Assembly (NCBI GenBank): GCA_964581355.1
Contig: CAZOOA010000001.1
Location: forward strand, 46,922-110,921
DNA length: 64,000 nucleotides
Direction: 5' to 3'
DNA from: an uncultured Desulfovibrionaceae bacterium
GTDB taxonomy: Bacteria > Bacillota > Dethiobacteria > DTU022 > UBA8154
The notes under the pieces were generated by a model that worked only from the letters and a program-made list of their open reading frames with translations, ran no database searches and was not told where the DNA came from. Below, one piece after another: positions 8,927-18,325 of the stretch; within the stretch, counting starts at the first letter, position 1; every line of letters starts with the position of its first letter. Both the position numbers and the translations under genes were made by a program.

Positions 8927-9946
8927 ATGGCAGGATACAATGTGGCTATCGTCGGCGTAACGGGTAACGTCGGCCAGGTCCTGATTGAAGTGTTGCGGGA
9001 AAGAAACTTTCCCGTGAAGGAATGGAAATTGTTGGCTTCGGCCCGGTCGGCCAACAAGGTGATCAACATTGGCGGGAAGGACTATCCCGTAGAAGAGGCC
9101 AAGCCCGAAGCCTTTGCCGGTGTGGATTTTGCCTTTTTCAGTGCCGGGGGCGATATCAGCAAGGAGTTGGCGCCCGAAGCGGTTAAACAAGGTGCTGTAG
9201 TTGTTGACAACAGCAGTGCTTTCCGCATGGACCCAGAAGTGCCGCTGGTGGTTCCTGAAGTGAACCCTGATGCGGCCCGGAAGCACAAAGGGTTAATCGC
9301 CAACCCCAACTGTTCCACCATCCAGATGGTTGTGGCGCTGCAGCCCCTTCAACAGGCTGCCGGGTTGAAGCGCGTCGTTGTGGCTACGTACCAGTCTGTT
9401 TCCGGTGCCGGGAAGGAAGCCGTGGACGAACTGACAGACCAGAGCCGGGCCATCCTGGATGACCAGGAAGTTGTCAAGGAGCGGATTCCGTTCAAGGGCG
9501 CGCCTAAAAATCACCAGATTGCCTTTAACATGGTTCCACATATTGATGTATTCGAGGAAGACGACTATACCAAGGAAGAAATGAAAATGATCCGGGAAAC
9601 GCGTAAAATCATGGGGCTTCCTGAACTGCCTATCACTGCCACCACGGTGCGGGTCCCGGTGTTTAACGGCCACAGCGAGGCGGTGAACGTGGAGCTGAAT
9701 GCAGCGCTATCGCCGGAAAAAGCCCGGGAACTTTTTTCCTCGGCCCCCGGAATTCTTGTTTGGGATAACCCGGAAGAACTGCTTTATCCCATGCCCATTG
9801 ACACAGAAAACCGGGATGAAGTTTTCATCGGGCGCATTCGCGTTGACCGCTCTGTTCAGCATGGGCTCAATATGTGGGTTGTTTCGGACAATATTCGTAA
9901 AGGTGCAGCCACAAATTCCATCCAAATCGCGGAACTGTTAATTTAA
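8927..9946 (+). CDS. asd: aspartate-semialdehyde dehydrogenase
   Basis: The N-terminus has an NAD-binding motif (VAIVGVTGNVG) and an active-site Cys region (NPNCSTI). The probable start is the ATG at 8927 after an AAAGGGGA RBS. Confidence 0.9.
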   Translation: MAGYNVAIVGVTGNVGQVLIEVLRERNFPVKEWKLLASARSANKVINIGGKDYPVEEAKPEAFAGVDFAFFSAGGDISKELAPEAVKQGAVVVDNSSAFRMDPEVPLVVPEVNPDAARKHKGLIANPNCSTIQMVVALQPLQQAAGLKRVVVATYQSVSGAGKEAVDELTDQSRAILDDQEVVKERIPFKGAPKNHQIAFNMVPHIDVFEEDDYTKEEMKMIRETRKIMGLPELPITATTVRVPVFNGHSEAVNVELNAALSPEKARELFSSAPGILVWDNPEELLYPMPIDTENRDEVFIGRIRVDRSVQHGLNMWVVSDNIRKGAATNSIQIAELLI

Positions 9947-10001
9947 GCTTATATCCAGCAAGGAATAATCGAATTTTTTGGGAGACTGGGGTGACGTAAA
10001 C

Positions 10002-11228
10002 TTGAAAATTGTTGTTCAAAAATTTGGAGGAACTTCTGTATCGACCCCTGAGAAAAGAGAAAAAGTAATAAAATGTGTCCAGGAAGCCCTTGACCAGGGC
10101 TACAGCGTGGTTCTGGTTGTCTCGGCCATGGGCCGCCATGGCGATCCGTACGCCACCGATACTCTGAAATCCCTGGGATTGGACTCATACCCCGATATCG
10201 CCTTGCGGGAGCTTGACCTGGTCATGTCCTGCGGAGAAACGATTTCTGCCGTGGTGATGGCGGCGACCCTCTCCAATAATGGGGTTGCTTCCTGTGCCAT
10301 GACAGGCATCCAGGCCGGTTTTATTACCGATGGCCATTACAGTGAAGCTGAAGTTGTTGACTGCCAGCCCTCCAGGGTGAAAGACATGCTGCGGGAGGGG
10401 CATGTCCCGGTGGTGGCAGGTTTTCAGGGTGCCGACGTCAGCGGGGAGGTGAACACCCTGGGACGGGGCGGAAGCGATACGTCGGCAGTAATTCTCGGCG
10501 CTGCGCTGGACGCTGAAAAGGTGGAGATTTTTACTGACGTTTCAGGGATCATGACCGCGGATCCCGGGCTGTTAAAGGAAGCCCGGGTCATTCAACAAAT
10601 CACCTACGGCGAAGTCTGCCAGCTGGCCTATGAGGGGGCGCGGGTGATTCACCCCCGGGCCGTGGAAGTGGCCATGAGAAATAATGTATCTGTAGTGGTA
10701 AAAAACCCGGATGACTCAGGTTCCGGGACGCTAATAACGGGGGAATCTTCTTTGAGAGATGGCAGTTACAGTACCCGCGGCCGACGGGCCGTTACCGGCA
10801 TCGCGCATTCTACTGACCTGGTCCAGTTTGTCATTCGCTTCGAGAAACCGGATCCGTCTCAGGAACTGGAAGTATTTCAATCCATTGGTGAGGCAGGTGT
10901 GAACATTGACCTGATCACTGTCTTCCCGGAAATGAATGCGTTTATCGTTAAAAAAGAGCACAGCTACAAAGTGGAAAACATATTGCATAGCCTGGGAGTC
11001 TCGTATCATATGGAGACGGACTGCGCCAAGGTTTCTGTTGTCGGAGTGGGCATGCACAGCATGCCCGGGGTTATGGCCCGGGTGGTCAAGGCGTTGAACG
11101 AGCAAAACGTGGAAATACTGCAGTCAGGTGACTCCAATATTACCATCTCTTTGCTGATGAAGCAGAAGGATCTGGCCTTGGCGGTAAAAACCCTGCACGA
11201 CAACTTCCACCTGTCAGAGCAGAGTTGA
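10002..11228 (+). CDS. lysC: aspartate kinase with C-terminal ACT domains
   Basis: Contains the KIVVQKFGGTSV kinase motif and C-terminal ACT repeats. A TTG start at 10002 gives the canonical MKIVVQKFGG N-terminus. The ORF-track ATG at 9978 is the alternative. Confidence 0.85.
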   Translation: MKIVVQKFGGTSVSTPEKREKVIKCVQEALDQGYSVVLVVSAMGRHGDPYATDTLKSLGLDSYPDIALRELDLVMSCGETISAVVMAATLSNNGVASCAMTGIQAGFITDGHYSEAEVVDCQPSRVKDMLREGHVPVVAGFQGADVSGEVNTLGRGGSDTSAVILGAALDAEKVEIFTDVSGIMTADPGLLKEARVIQQITYGEVCQLAYEGARVIHPRAVEVAMRNNVSVVVKNPDDSGSGTLITGESSLRDGSYSTRGRRAVTGIAHSTDLVQFVIRFEKPDPSQELEVFQSIGEAGVNIDLITVFPEMNAFIVKKEHSYKVENILHSLGVSYHMETDCAKVSVVGVGMHSMPGVMARVVKALNEQNVEILQSGDSNITISLLMKQKDLALAVKTLHDNFHLSEQS

Positions 11229-11250
11229 TCCAAGCGCGCGAAAATAATGC

Positions 11251-11280
11251 TTGACAAAAGCTTACAGTACAGTTTACAAT
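11251..11280 (+). promoter_or_regulatory. sigma-A promoter (TTGACA-18 bp-TACAAT) for the T-box leader/aro operon
   Basis: TTGACA at 11251-11256 and TACAAT at 11275-11280. Confidence 0.55.
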
Positions 11281-11282
11281 GT

Positions 11283-11622
11283 TTGTTACATTAGATAGTG
11301 TGACTTCCATGATGGGGAGAAGTAAGTAGCCCTGGATGGCTGCAGAGAGCCGGGCAAGCTGCGAACCGGTGCTTTCCAGCTACCGAAATACACCCCGAAG
11401 AAGCAGACCGAAAGCACGCATTGCAGGCAGCATTTCCTGTGTTTGCGGCCAGTAGGCTCTGACGGGAACTCCAGCCGTTAAAATGGAGGGGATATAAGGC
11501 CTGGGAGGCTCAGGTCCGTATCCTGAAACGAGGTGGGGCAGGCAATGAACGTTGGCTGCTCAACCAGGGTGGTACCGCGTGAAGCTAAAGCTTCCGTCCC
11601 TGAGGGACGGAAGCTTTTTTGG
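11283..11622 (+). promoter_or_regulatory. T-box riboswitch leader; candidate Tyr (UAC) specifier
   Basis: The invariant T-box sequence AGGGTGGTACCGCG is at 11566-11579. It is immediately followed by an intrinsic terminator (AAAGCTTCCGTCCC-TGA-GGGACGGAAGCTTTTTTGG). The specifier assignment UAC (GAAATACACC, around 11383) is an inference only. Confidence 0.75.
11587..11622 (+). terminator. T-box leader intrinsic terminator (attenuator)
   Basis: A perfect 14-bp inverted repeat (AAGCTTCCGTCCC / GGGACGGAAGCTT) is followed by a U-run. Confidence 0.8.
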
Positions 11623-11816
11623 TTCTGCGCCCGACATGGGCACGTCTGCCGGGAGTGGCACCATCTCCGCTGGGAAGGTGCCGGGTGCTGAAAACCGGTA
11701 TTTTGAAGGGAAGCAATTTTTTTCATCTCTGTTATGGCTTGTTCGTGTTATGGCTTGTCCATCGTAATGAATTGTCTTCAAAGGGGTAAAATTATACAAC
11801 TGGGAGGTTTTTTAAA

Positions 11817-12830
11817 ATGATCGTCGTTTTGAATCCGGGCGTTGAAGAGATTGAAATCAAAGAGGTTGAAGACAGGTTGAAGAGGTTGGGTTTTGGTGTG
11901 CACCGCTCCACGGGGGAAAACCGGACCATTTTAGGTGCTCTTGGAGCGCCCAAGGAAGACGCCAGGGATGCTCTTCAGGTGATGCCCTGCGTGGAAAAGG
12001 TGGTGATTATTTCCCAGCCCTTTAAGCTGGTCAGCAAGGAATACCGGAAGGAAAGGACCGAGTTTGAAGTTGGAGGCACTTTAATCGGCGGTGACAGGCT
12101 GGTCCTTGTGGCAGGCCCCTGTGCTGTGGAAGGTCGGGATGAGTTCCTGGAAGCCGCCAAGCTGGCCAAGGAAGCCGGGGCCCATTTCTTGAGAGGAGGC
12201 GCCTACAAACCCCGCACTTCTCCCTACAGTTTTCAGGGCCTGGAAGAAGAAGGGTTGAAAATTATGGCTGAAGCCAGGGACCAGACCGGCCTGCCAATCA
12301 TCACCGAGGTTCTTGACCAGCATTCCGTGGAAGTGGTCGCCCGGTACGCTGACATTGTCCAGGTAGGGACCCGGAACATGCAGAACTTCAGGTTGTTAAG
12401 TGAATTGGGTCAAATTAACCGACCGGTTTTGCTTAAACGGGGCATGTCGGCTACCATAGAAGAATGGTTGATGGCGGCGGAATACATTGTCAGCGGGGGG
12501 AATTCCAGGGTGATACTTTGTGAGCGGGGAATCAGGACCTTTGAAACTATGACCCGCAATACCCTGGATATCAGTGCTGTCCCCATCGCCAAAGAATTGA
12601 GCCACCTGCCTGTTTTTGTCGACCCCAGCCACGGGACTGGCGACTGGCGCTGGGTTACGCCCATGAGCCTGGCCGCGGTGGCTGCAGGGGCTGACGGCCT
12701 GATGGTTGAAATGCACCCCAGGCCCCAGGAAGCGCTTTCTGACGGTTCGCAGTCATTGACTCCCGATAAGTTTCTCGAAATGAAGACGATGGTGGAAAGG
12801 GTGGCACAAAGCATTGGAAGAACGCTCTAA
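11817..12830 (+). CDS. aroF: 3-deoxy-7-phosphoheptulonate (DAHP) synthase, type I-beta with N-terminal regulatory domain
   Basis: The 337-aa ORF has a short N-terminal ferredoxin-like regulatory extension followed by a KDSA/DAHPS TIM-barrel core (GPCAVEG...). Confidence 0.85.
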   Translation: MIVVLNPGVEEIEIKEVEDRLKRLGFGVHRSTGENRTILGALGAPKEDARDALQVMPCVEKVVIISQPFKLVSKEYRKERTEFEVGGTLIGGDRLVLVAGPCAVEGRDEFLEAAKLAKEAGAHFLRGGAYKPRTSPYSFQGLEEEGLKIMAEARDQTGLPIITEVLDQHSVEVVARYADIVQVGTRNMQNFRLLSELGQINRPVLLKRGMSATIEEWLMAAEYIVSGGNSRVILCERGIRTFETMTRNTLDISAVPIAKELSHLPVFVDPSHGTGDWRWVTPMSLAAVAAGADGLMVEMHPRPQEALSDGSQSLTPDKFLEMKTMVERVAQSIGRTL

Positions 12831-13935
12831 CAACCCCCTGTTTGACAAGTGCTGCATCATTGGGCTGGGCCTGATGGGTGGTTCCCTGGGTATTTCCATG
12901 AAGCGTTACGGGGTGGCCCGGGAATGCTGGGGGTTTGATCAAAACATGTCGGCGATGCAGGAAGCCCGGTCCCGAGGCGCTGTTGACCGGGCAGAAGATC
13001 TGGAGCAGGCCCTTGATAGTGCAGACCTGGTGGTCCTGGCTCTGCCCATTCGTCAAACAATTGAAATGTTAAAAAAGATTGGACCCCACTTGAGGGCAGG
13101 CGCTGTGGTCACCGATGTGGGAAGCACGAAAGAGAGCATTGTCCAGGCCATGGAAACATACCTTCCCACCGGCATATCAGCCGTTGGGGGCCATCCCATG
13201 GCTGGTTCAGAAAAAACGGGTATTGAAGCTGCAGATCCCCTGCTGCTGGAGAATGCCGTTTACCTGCTGACGCCGGCAAGTAATGTGTCCCGTGATGTAG
13301 TTGAAAAAATGGAACAAATGGTTTACGCTATGAAAGCGTACCCCGTGGTGCTCCAGGCGGAAAGCCATGATCACCTGGTTGCCCTGGTCAGCCACTTGCC
13401 TCACCTGCTTGCTGTGGCCCTGGTCAATACATTGCGCTGCTCTCCAGGGGAAAGAGAACTCCTGCCGGCATTGGCCGGGGGAGGTTTCCGGGATACCACG
13501 CGCATTGCCATGGGAGACGCTTCCCTTTGGTATGATATTTTCTCCACCAACAGCCGCTCCTTAAAGGAAGCTCTCCAGGCTTTCCAGGTGCAAGTGGACC
13601 AGCTCTGGTCCCTGTTGGAAAATGAACAGGAACAAGAAGCCCGGGATGAGCTGGAACAAGCCAGGAAATACCGCAGGGCACTGCCTTACCGCGGCAAAGG
13701 GCTCATGCCTGAAGTATTTGAACTGATTATCATGCTTCCCGATGTGCCGGGGGTCATTGGAAAAGTGGCCACACTGGTGGGTGAAGCCGGGTTAAATATC
13801 AGTGAAGTTGAAATGCTGAAAAACCGGGAAAATGAAGGCGGCAGCATCCGCCTGGGGTTCGGCCGGCTGGCAGAACGTGATGAGGCGCTTTTAGTCCTGG
13901 AAGAAGCAGGCTACCGCTGCTGGAAACGGGGCTAA
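12814..13935 (+). CDS. tyrA: prephenate dehydrogenase with C-terminal ACT domain
   Basis: Contains an NAD-binding motif (IIGLGLMGGSLG) and a C-terminal ACT domain. It overlaps the aroF stop by 17 nt. Confidence 0.85.
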   Translation: MEERSNNPLFDKCCIIGLGLMGGSLGISMKRYGVARECWGFDQNMSAMQEARSRGAVDRAEDLEQALDSADLVVLALPIRQTIEMLKKIGPHLRAGAVVTDVGSTKESIVQAMETYLPTGISAVGGHPMAGSEKTGIEAADPLLLENAVYLLTPASNVSRDVVEKMEQMVYAMKAYPVVLQAESHDHLVALVSHLPHLLAVALVNTLRCSPGERELLPALAGGGFRDTTRIAMGDASLWYDIFSTNSRSLKEALQAFQVQVDQLWSLLENEQEQEARDELEQARKYRRALPYRGKGLMPEVFELIIMLPDVPGVIGKVATLVGEAGLNISEVEMLKNRENEGGSIRLGFGRLAERDEALLVLEEAGYRCWKRG

Positions 13936-14076
13936 CGAGGCTAACGAGATCTAATAAAGAATAGAAAAAGAGTTGGCGGCCTCCTCCCGGGGGAGAATAC
14001 GGGGTTTCTATGTGTAAACGCTGGTTTTTAGGGTCTAAGGATAAAGGAAACCAGCAGATTATAATCTAGGGGGAAC

Positions 14077-15408
14077 TTGATCATGCAGATAACTATAGAG
14101 CCCGCAGGGCGGTGCCGGGGAACCATCTCGGTGCCCGGGGATAAGTCCATCTCCCACAGGGCAGCGATTTTTTCTTCCCTGGCAAATGGTCAGGTGGAGA
14201 TTGAAGGGTTTCTCAATGCCGAGGATCCCAGGGCAACCCTGGAATGCATGAAAATGCTGGGTGTTGAAGTGAACGAGACAGGGGATCAGGAACAAGGAAA
14301 AGAGCAAAAAGTTAAGCAAACCCTGCGTATCCGGGGCCGGGGCCTTAAGGGGCTGGAAGAAGCTCCCGATATCCTTGATGCCGGCAATTCAGGCACTACG
14401 GCCAGGCTGTTGGTGGGGCTTTTGTCTGCCCAGCCTTTTTATACGGTTTTGACCGGGGATGCTTCGCTAAGAAAACGCCCCATGGGCCGGATCAGCGAAC
14501 CCTTGCGGCAGATGGGAGCACAGATCGATGGGCGTAAAGAAGGCACTCTTTTGCCTTTGACCATCCGGGGGCAAGATCTGTCCTCGATCAACTTCAATTC
14601 CCCTGTAGCCAGTGCTCAGGTAAAATCTGCCCTGCTCCTGGCAGCGCTGCAGGCCGGGGGGACAACAACCATTACAGAGCCAGGGTTGTCCAGGGACCAT
14701 ACAGAAAGGATGCTGCTCCATTTTGGAGTCCCGCTTAAATGGGGCCCCAGGGGGGAAATCATCCTGGAAGGCCCGGTGAGCAAACTGGCCGCCGATCATG
14801 TCAAGGTCCCGGGAGATATCTCCTCGGCGGCATTTTTTATGGTCGCTGCGGCCCTGGCTCCCCGGGGTGACCTGTTGATCCGGGATGTGGGTTTAAATCC
14901 TACCCGCACCGGAATACTGGATGTGTTAAATCAAATGGATGCCCAAATAAGGGTGATAAATCAGAGGGAACACAACCGGGAACCGGTGGGGGACCTCCAT
15001 GTAAAAGGGGGTAAAAGTCTCCGGGGTGTGGAAGTGCCAGGCGAAATAATTCCCCGCCTGATTGATGAAATCCCCATTCTGGCTGTGGCAGCAGCTTTTG
15101 CCGAGGGAGAAACCCGGATCAAGGGGGCAGGGGAATTAAGGGTAAAGGAAAGCGACCGGCTGCAGGCTTTAAGCCGGGAACTGAAAAAAATGGGGGTCCC
15201 TGTGGAAGAGTTCCCTGACGGACTCTCTATTCAGGGTAGCAAGACGATTTCAGGCGGCCGCGTGTTTAGCCATGGGGATCACCGCATCGCTATGTCCCTG
15301 GCTATTGCAGGACTTTTTGCTGAACAGGAAACCGTGATTGACGGAGTGGACTCCGTCCCGGTGTCGTTTCCCGGGTTTTTTGATCGGTTAAAAGAAATTG
15401 ACGGATAA
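14077..15408 (+). CDS. aroA: 3-phosphoshikimate 1-carboxyvinyltransferase (EPSP synthase)
   Basis: The 443-aa ORF has the EPSPS motifs LGNSGTTARLL and the PGDKSISHR region. Confidence 0.9.
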   Translation: MIMQITIEPAGRCRGTISVPGDKSISHRAAIFSSLANGQVEIEGFLNAEDPRATLECMKMLGVEVNETGDQEQGKEQKVKQTLRIRGRGLKGLEEAPDILDAGNSGTTARLLVGLLSAQPFYTVLTGDASLRKRPMGRISEPLRQMGAQIDGRKEGTLLPLTIRGQDLSSINFNSPVASAQVKSALLLAALQAGGTTTITEPGLSRDHTERMLLHFGVPLKWGPRGEIILEGPVSKLAADHVKVPGDISSAAFFMVAAALAPRGDLLIRDVGLNPTRTGILDVLNQMDAQIRVINQREHNREPVGDLHVKGGKSLRGVEVPGEIIPRLIDEIPILAVAAAFAEGETRIKGAGELRVKESDRLQALSRELKKMGVPVEEFPDGLSIQGSKTISGGRVFSHGDHRIAMSLAIAGLFAEQETVIDGVDSVPVSFPGFFDRLKEIDG

Positions 15409-15503
15409 AATTGCATTTGAAAGAGGATTTTTCCTGGAAAAGAAGAATAATTAACTTATCAAACCCAGGAAAGATATGGATAGGTTAAAGGTGGGGGAAG
15501 GCT

Positions 15504-16151
15504 TTGTGCAGGCAGGTATTGCTTGGGGGAGTGTTTGCTCTTCTTTTTCTTTTAAGCGGTTTTTTTCTAGGCCAACATACGGATTTCACCCGGTATAACT
15601 GGCAATCCCTGTGGCAGCGCCTGGTTTTTTACAATCCCCTGGATATGGAGCAGGTAAACCAGGCTGAGCCGAACAATAGTCAACCTGCAGGCCTGGATGT
15701 AAGCCCGGTCGGTGAGCCTGAAGCAGTCCGGGTGGCGGGGGATGATTTGTCTTTCCCTTCTTATATCGGTCATTTTACCCTGGAAAAACTCTTGTCGGGG
15801 GAAGAAGCTCTGGAGTTATCCCAAAGGATTCACGGTGACGAAGCGCCTTTAACTCATGTCAATGTGGCCTTTTACCGGCACAGGGAAGAACAGGTGATTC
15901 TCTGGGTTTTTGAGCTGGAAAGCCTGGAAGATGCGGCAAGCCACCTGGAGAAAATGAACATTCGCCTGAAAGAAGAGGGGCGAAATGGTGGAAGAGCGAA
16001 CTCATTTTACCTGAAGGACGAAAAAATATATCATGCCCAGCAGTTGAGCATGGATAATTATTACTATAAAAAAGATCGGATGATCTTCTGGCTCTCCCTG
16101 GCCTCTCATGACCCTGTTTCCCGATTTTTAACCTTTTACCAGCACTTTTAA
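15504..16151 (+). CDS. hypothetical membrane-anchored protein (N-terminal TM or signal anchor, no recognisable domain)
   Basis: The 215-aa ORF starts at a TTG after a GGTGGGGGAAGG RBS. It has a hydrophobic N-terminus (LLGGVFALLFLLSGFFLG) and no motif I recognise. Confidence 0.4.
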   Translation: MCRQVLLGGVFALLFLLSGFFLGQHTDFTRYNWQSLWQRLVFYNPLDMEQVNQAEPNNSQPAGLDVSPVGEPEAVRVAGDDLSFPSYIGHFTLEKLLSGEEALELSQRIHGDEAPLTHVNVAFYRHREEQVILWVFELESLEDAASHLEKMNIRLKEEGRNGGRANSFYLKDEKIYHAQQLSMDNYYYKKDRMIFWLSLASHDPVSRFLTFYQHF

Positions 16152-16172
16152 TTATTAGGAGAACTGAGATAT

Positions 16173-17612
16173 ATGTTTGAACAGGTTGAGGATCTGGGGA
16201 TACTTTATCCCTCCTTGTTTGCCCGTTATGTGCAAAAAGATCCCGAAGTACTGTCTTGTTTTGCTGTTCCGTACCAGGAGATGGGCGTTTATCGACAACT
16301 GGCGGCAAGGCTTGCTGAAAGTCCCCCCTGGCAGCTGCCGAAAAAGCTTGTGGCGAAACAAAATGAAGGGATTTTAAAAAACCAGTCCAGGCTGTCCAGG
16401 TTGCTGAAGAAAAAAATTTTGGATGAAAACACGCTATTTGTCATCACCGGTCAGCAGCCGGGTCTGCTGACCGGTCCTGTTTACGGAATTTATAAAGCAA
16501 TGACAGCGGTGAAGCTGGCTGCCCGCCTGGAGGAACAGCTGCAAAGGCCTGTCCAGCCCCTGTTTTGGATCGCCGGCGAAGACCATAATGTTTTCGATTT
16601 AGTCCGGTTGTTCTTGCTGGATTCCCAGGGCAAACTGGCCCGGGTCCGCCTGAATTTTCCCGGATTTGGCCCTCCTGTAGGGGAAATTTGCCTGGACCAG
16701 GATGACATGCTGGCTGTGTTGAAACGCCTGGAAGAATTAACCCCGCAAAGTCCGTACAAAAATGAAGTGCTGCAAAGCTTACGGGAAATAACGATTCACT
16801 CCAGCACCATGACGGACTGGTTTGCAGGGCTGATGCAACTTCTTTTTCATCAGCACAAACTGGCCCTTTTGGATCCTTTGGATCTGTCCAAAAACGGTGC
16901 ATATATTCCTTTGCTGCTCAAAACGGTGGAACTGGGGCCGCAAATACACCAGTGCCTGGACTCAGCCGAGAAAAGCTTGGCCCAAAAAGGCTTTTCTCCC
17001 CAGGTTGACAGAACTGGACAGGAGTCTTTTCTCATGATAGTCTGGGAAGGACGACGGTACGCCCTGTACAGGGATGGAGACACTTTTTTTACGGCAAAAG
17101 GGGAGCTTTCCCTGACCCGCTACGAGCTGATCTCCATGTTCCAGTCAGAACCGTGGCGCTTTAGCCCCAATGTCTTGCTCCGCCCCCTGTTCCAGGACAG
17201 CCTATTCCCCAACCTGGCGTATATCCCCGGCCCTGGAGAACTGGCTTATTTTACGCAGTTGCAAGAAGTGTACCGGCTGTTTGGTCTGGAAATGCCTGTT
17301 TTATTTCCCCGCCTGGGGGTTACCTTGTTGGAAGCCTGGCAAAAGGAGCTGCAGCAGAAACATGGGTTTTCCTTTGCCGATGCCCTGACCTATGCCAGCT
17401 CTGCCTGTGAGGATCCGGCAAAAAAAGAAGGAGAACCGGTGGAAAAGGAAATGATCCGTCACTATGTCTGGCCCCGGTGCAGACCCCAGGAAAGAGTATT
17501 CAACCTGTTTCCTTTTTTGCTCCGGCACGGCTGGCCTTTTTGGGAAGATTTCTCGCGGAACTTTCCGGAACAGGAAGGACACTATCTGTATTCCTTGGGG
17601 AGTGAAAGATGA
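16173..17612 (+). CDS. bshC: bacillithiol biosynthesis cysteine-adding enzyme BshC
   Basis: Contains the diagnostic BshC motifs VITGQQPGLLTGPVYGIYKA and FWIAGEDHN. The product is 479 aa, somewhat short for BshC, and its stop is directly coupled to the bshB start. Confidence 0.75.
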   Translation: MFEQVEDLGILYPSLFARYVQKDPEVLSCFAVPYQEMGVYRQLAARLAESPPWQLPKKLVAKQNEGILKNQSRLSRLLKKKILDENTLFVITGQQPGLLTGPVYGIYKAMTAVKLAARLEEQLQRPVQPLFWIAGEDHNVFDLVRLFLLDSQGKLARVRLNFPGFGPPVGEICLDQDDMLAVLKRLEELTPQSPYKNEVLQSLREITIHSSTMTDWFAGLMQLLFHQHKLALLDPLDLSKNGAYIPLLLKTVELGPQIHQCLDSAEKSLAQKGFSPQVDRTGQESFLMIVWEGRRYALYRDGDTFFTAKGELSLTRYELISMFQSEPWRFSPNVLLRPLFQDSLFPNLAYIPGPGELAYFTQLQEVYRLFGLEMPVLFPRLGVTLLEAWQKELQQKHGFSFADALTYASSACEDPAKKEGEPVEKEMIRHYVWPRCRPQERVFNLFPFLLRHGWPFWEDFSRNFPEQEGHYLYSLGSER

Positions 17613-18325
17613 TGAAGCTGGACCTGCTGGCTTTTGGCCCGCACCCCGATGATGTGGAAATTGGCGCCGGTGGAACCTTGGCCCTTCATGCGGAGTTGGG
17701 TTATCGCTGTGGTATTGTTGACCTGACTGCAGGTGAAATGGCCAGTAACGGGACCGTGGAAGAGCGCCGGCATGAAGCCTGGCAGGCCCAACAAGCTCTG
17801 GGCTGCCTGAGCCGGGAATGTCTTCAACTCCCTGATGCCCACCTGGAAGTAAACCAGGAAGGCATTTACAAGGTAGTTTCCGCCTTGCGAAAATACCAGC
17901 CCGCAGTTGTCCTGGCCCCTTATTACAGGGATGACAGGCACCCTGACCACAGTGCCACCGGTGAGCTGGTCCGCCGTGCCGCATACCTTTCGGGACTGCG
18001 CCGGTTTCCTGTGGAAGGCGAACCTTTTCGCCCGCAAAAACTGCTGTTTTTCCTCTTATCGGTGCAGCGGGAGCCGGACCTGATCCTGGATGTTTCGTCT
18101 GTTTACGACAAAAAAGAAGAAGCGATTAAGGCCCACCAGAGCCAGTTTTTTCTACAACGTTCTGACCAGGAACCCACCATGGTAAATATACCCATTTTTT
18201 TGCGTTATATCAGGAGCAGGGATAGTTATTTCGGAACGCTTATCGGCGCTCTTTGGGGAGAGGGAATGGTGGTCAATGAAAAACCGGCAATTCCAGATCT
18301 TGTTGAGTGGAGTGGGTCAAGATGA
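17609..18325 (+). CDS. bshB: N-acetyl-alpha-D-glucosaminyl L-malate deacetylase (LmbE/PIG-L family)
   Basis: Contains the FGPHPDDVEIGAGGT motif typical of BshB1/LmbE. It overlaps bshC by 4 nt. Confidence 0.8.
   Translation: MMKLDLLAFGPHPDDVEIGAGGTLALHAELGYRCGIVDLTAGEMASNGTVEERRHEAWQAQQALGCLSRECLQLPDAHLEVNQEGIYKVVSALRKYQPAVVLAPYYRDDRHPDHSATGELVRRAAYLSGLRRFPVEGEPFRPQKLLFFLLSVQREPDLILDVSSVYDKKEEAIKAHQSQFFLQRSDQEPTMVNIPIFLRYIRSRDSYFGTLIGALWGEGMVVNEKPAIPDLVEWSGSR

Noticed and set aside
13921-13960. Tandem 9-bp duplication GCTAACGAG-GCTAACGAG at the tyrA stop codon
   Set aside because: It is a single simple slippage-type duplication at a gene end with no further structure, unlikely to be functional.
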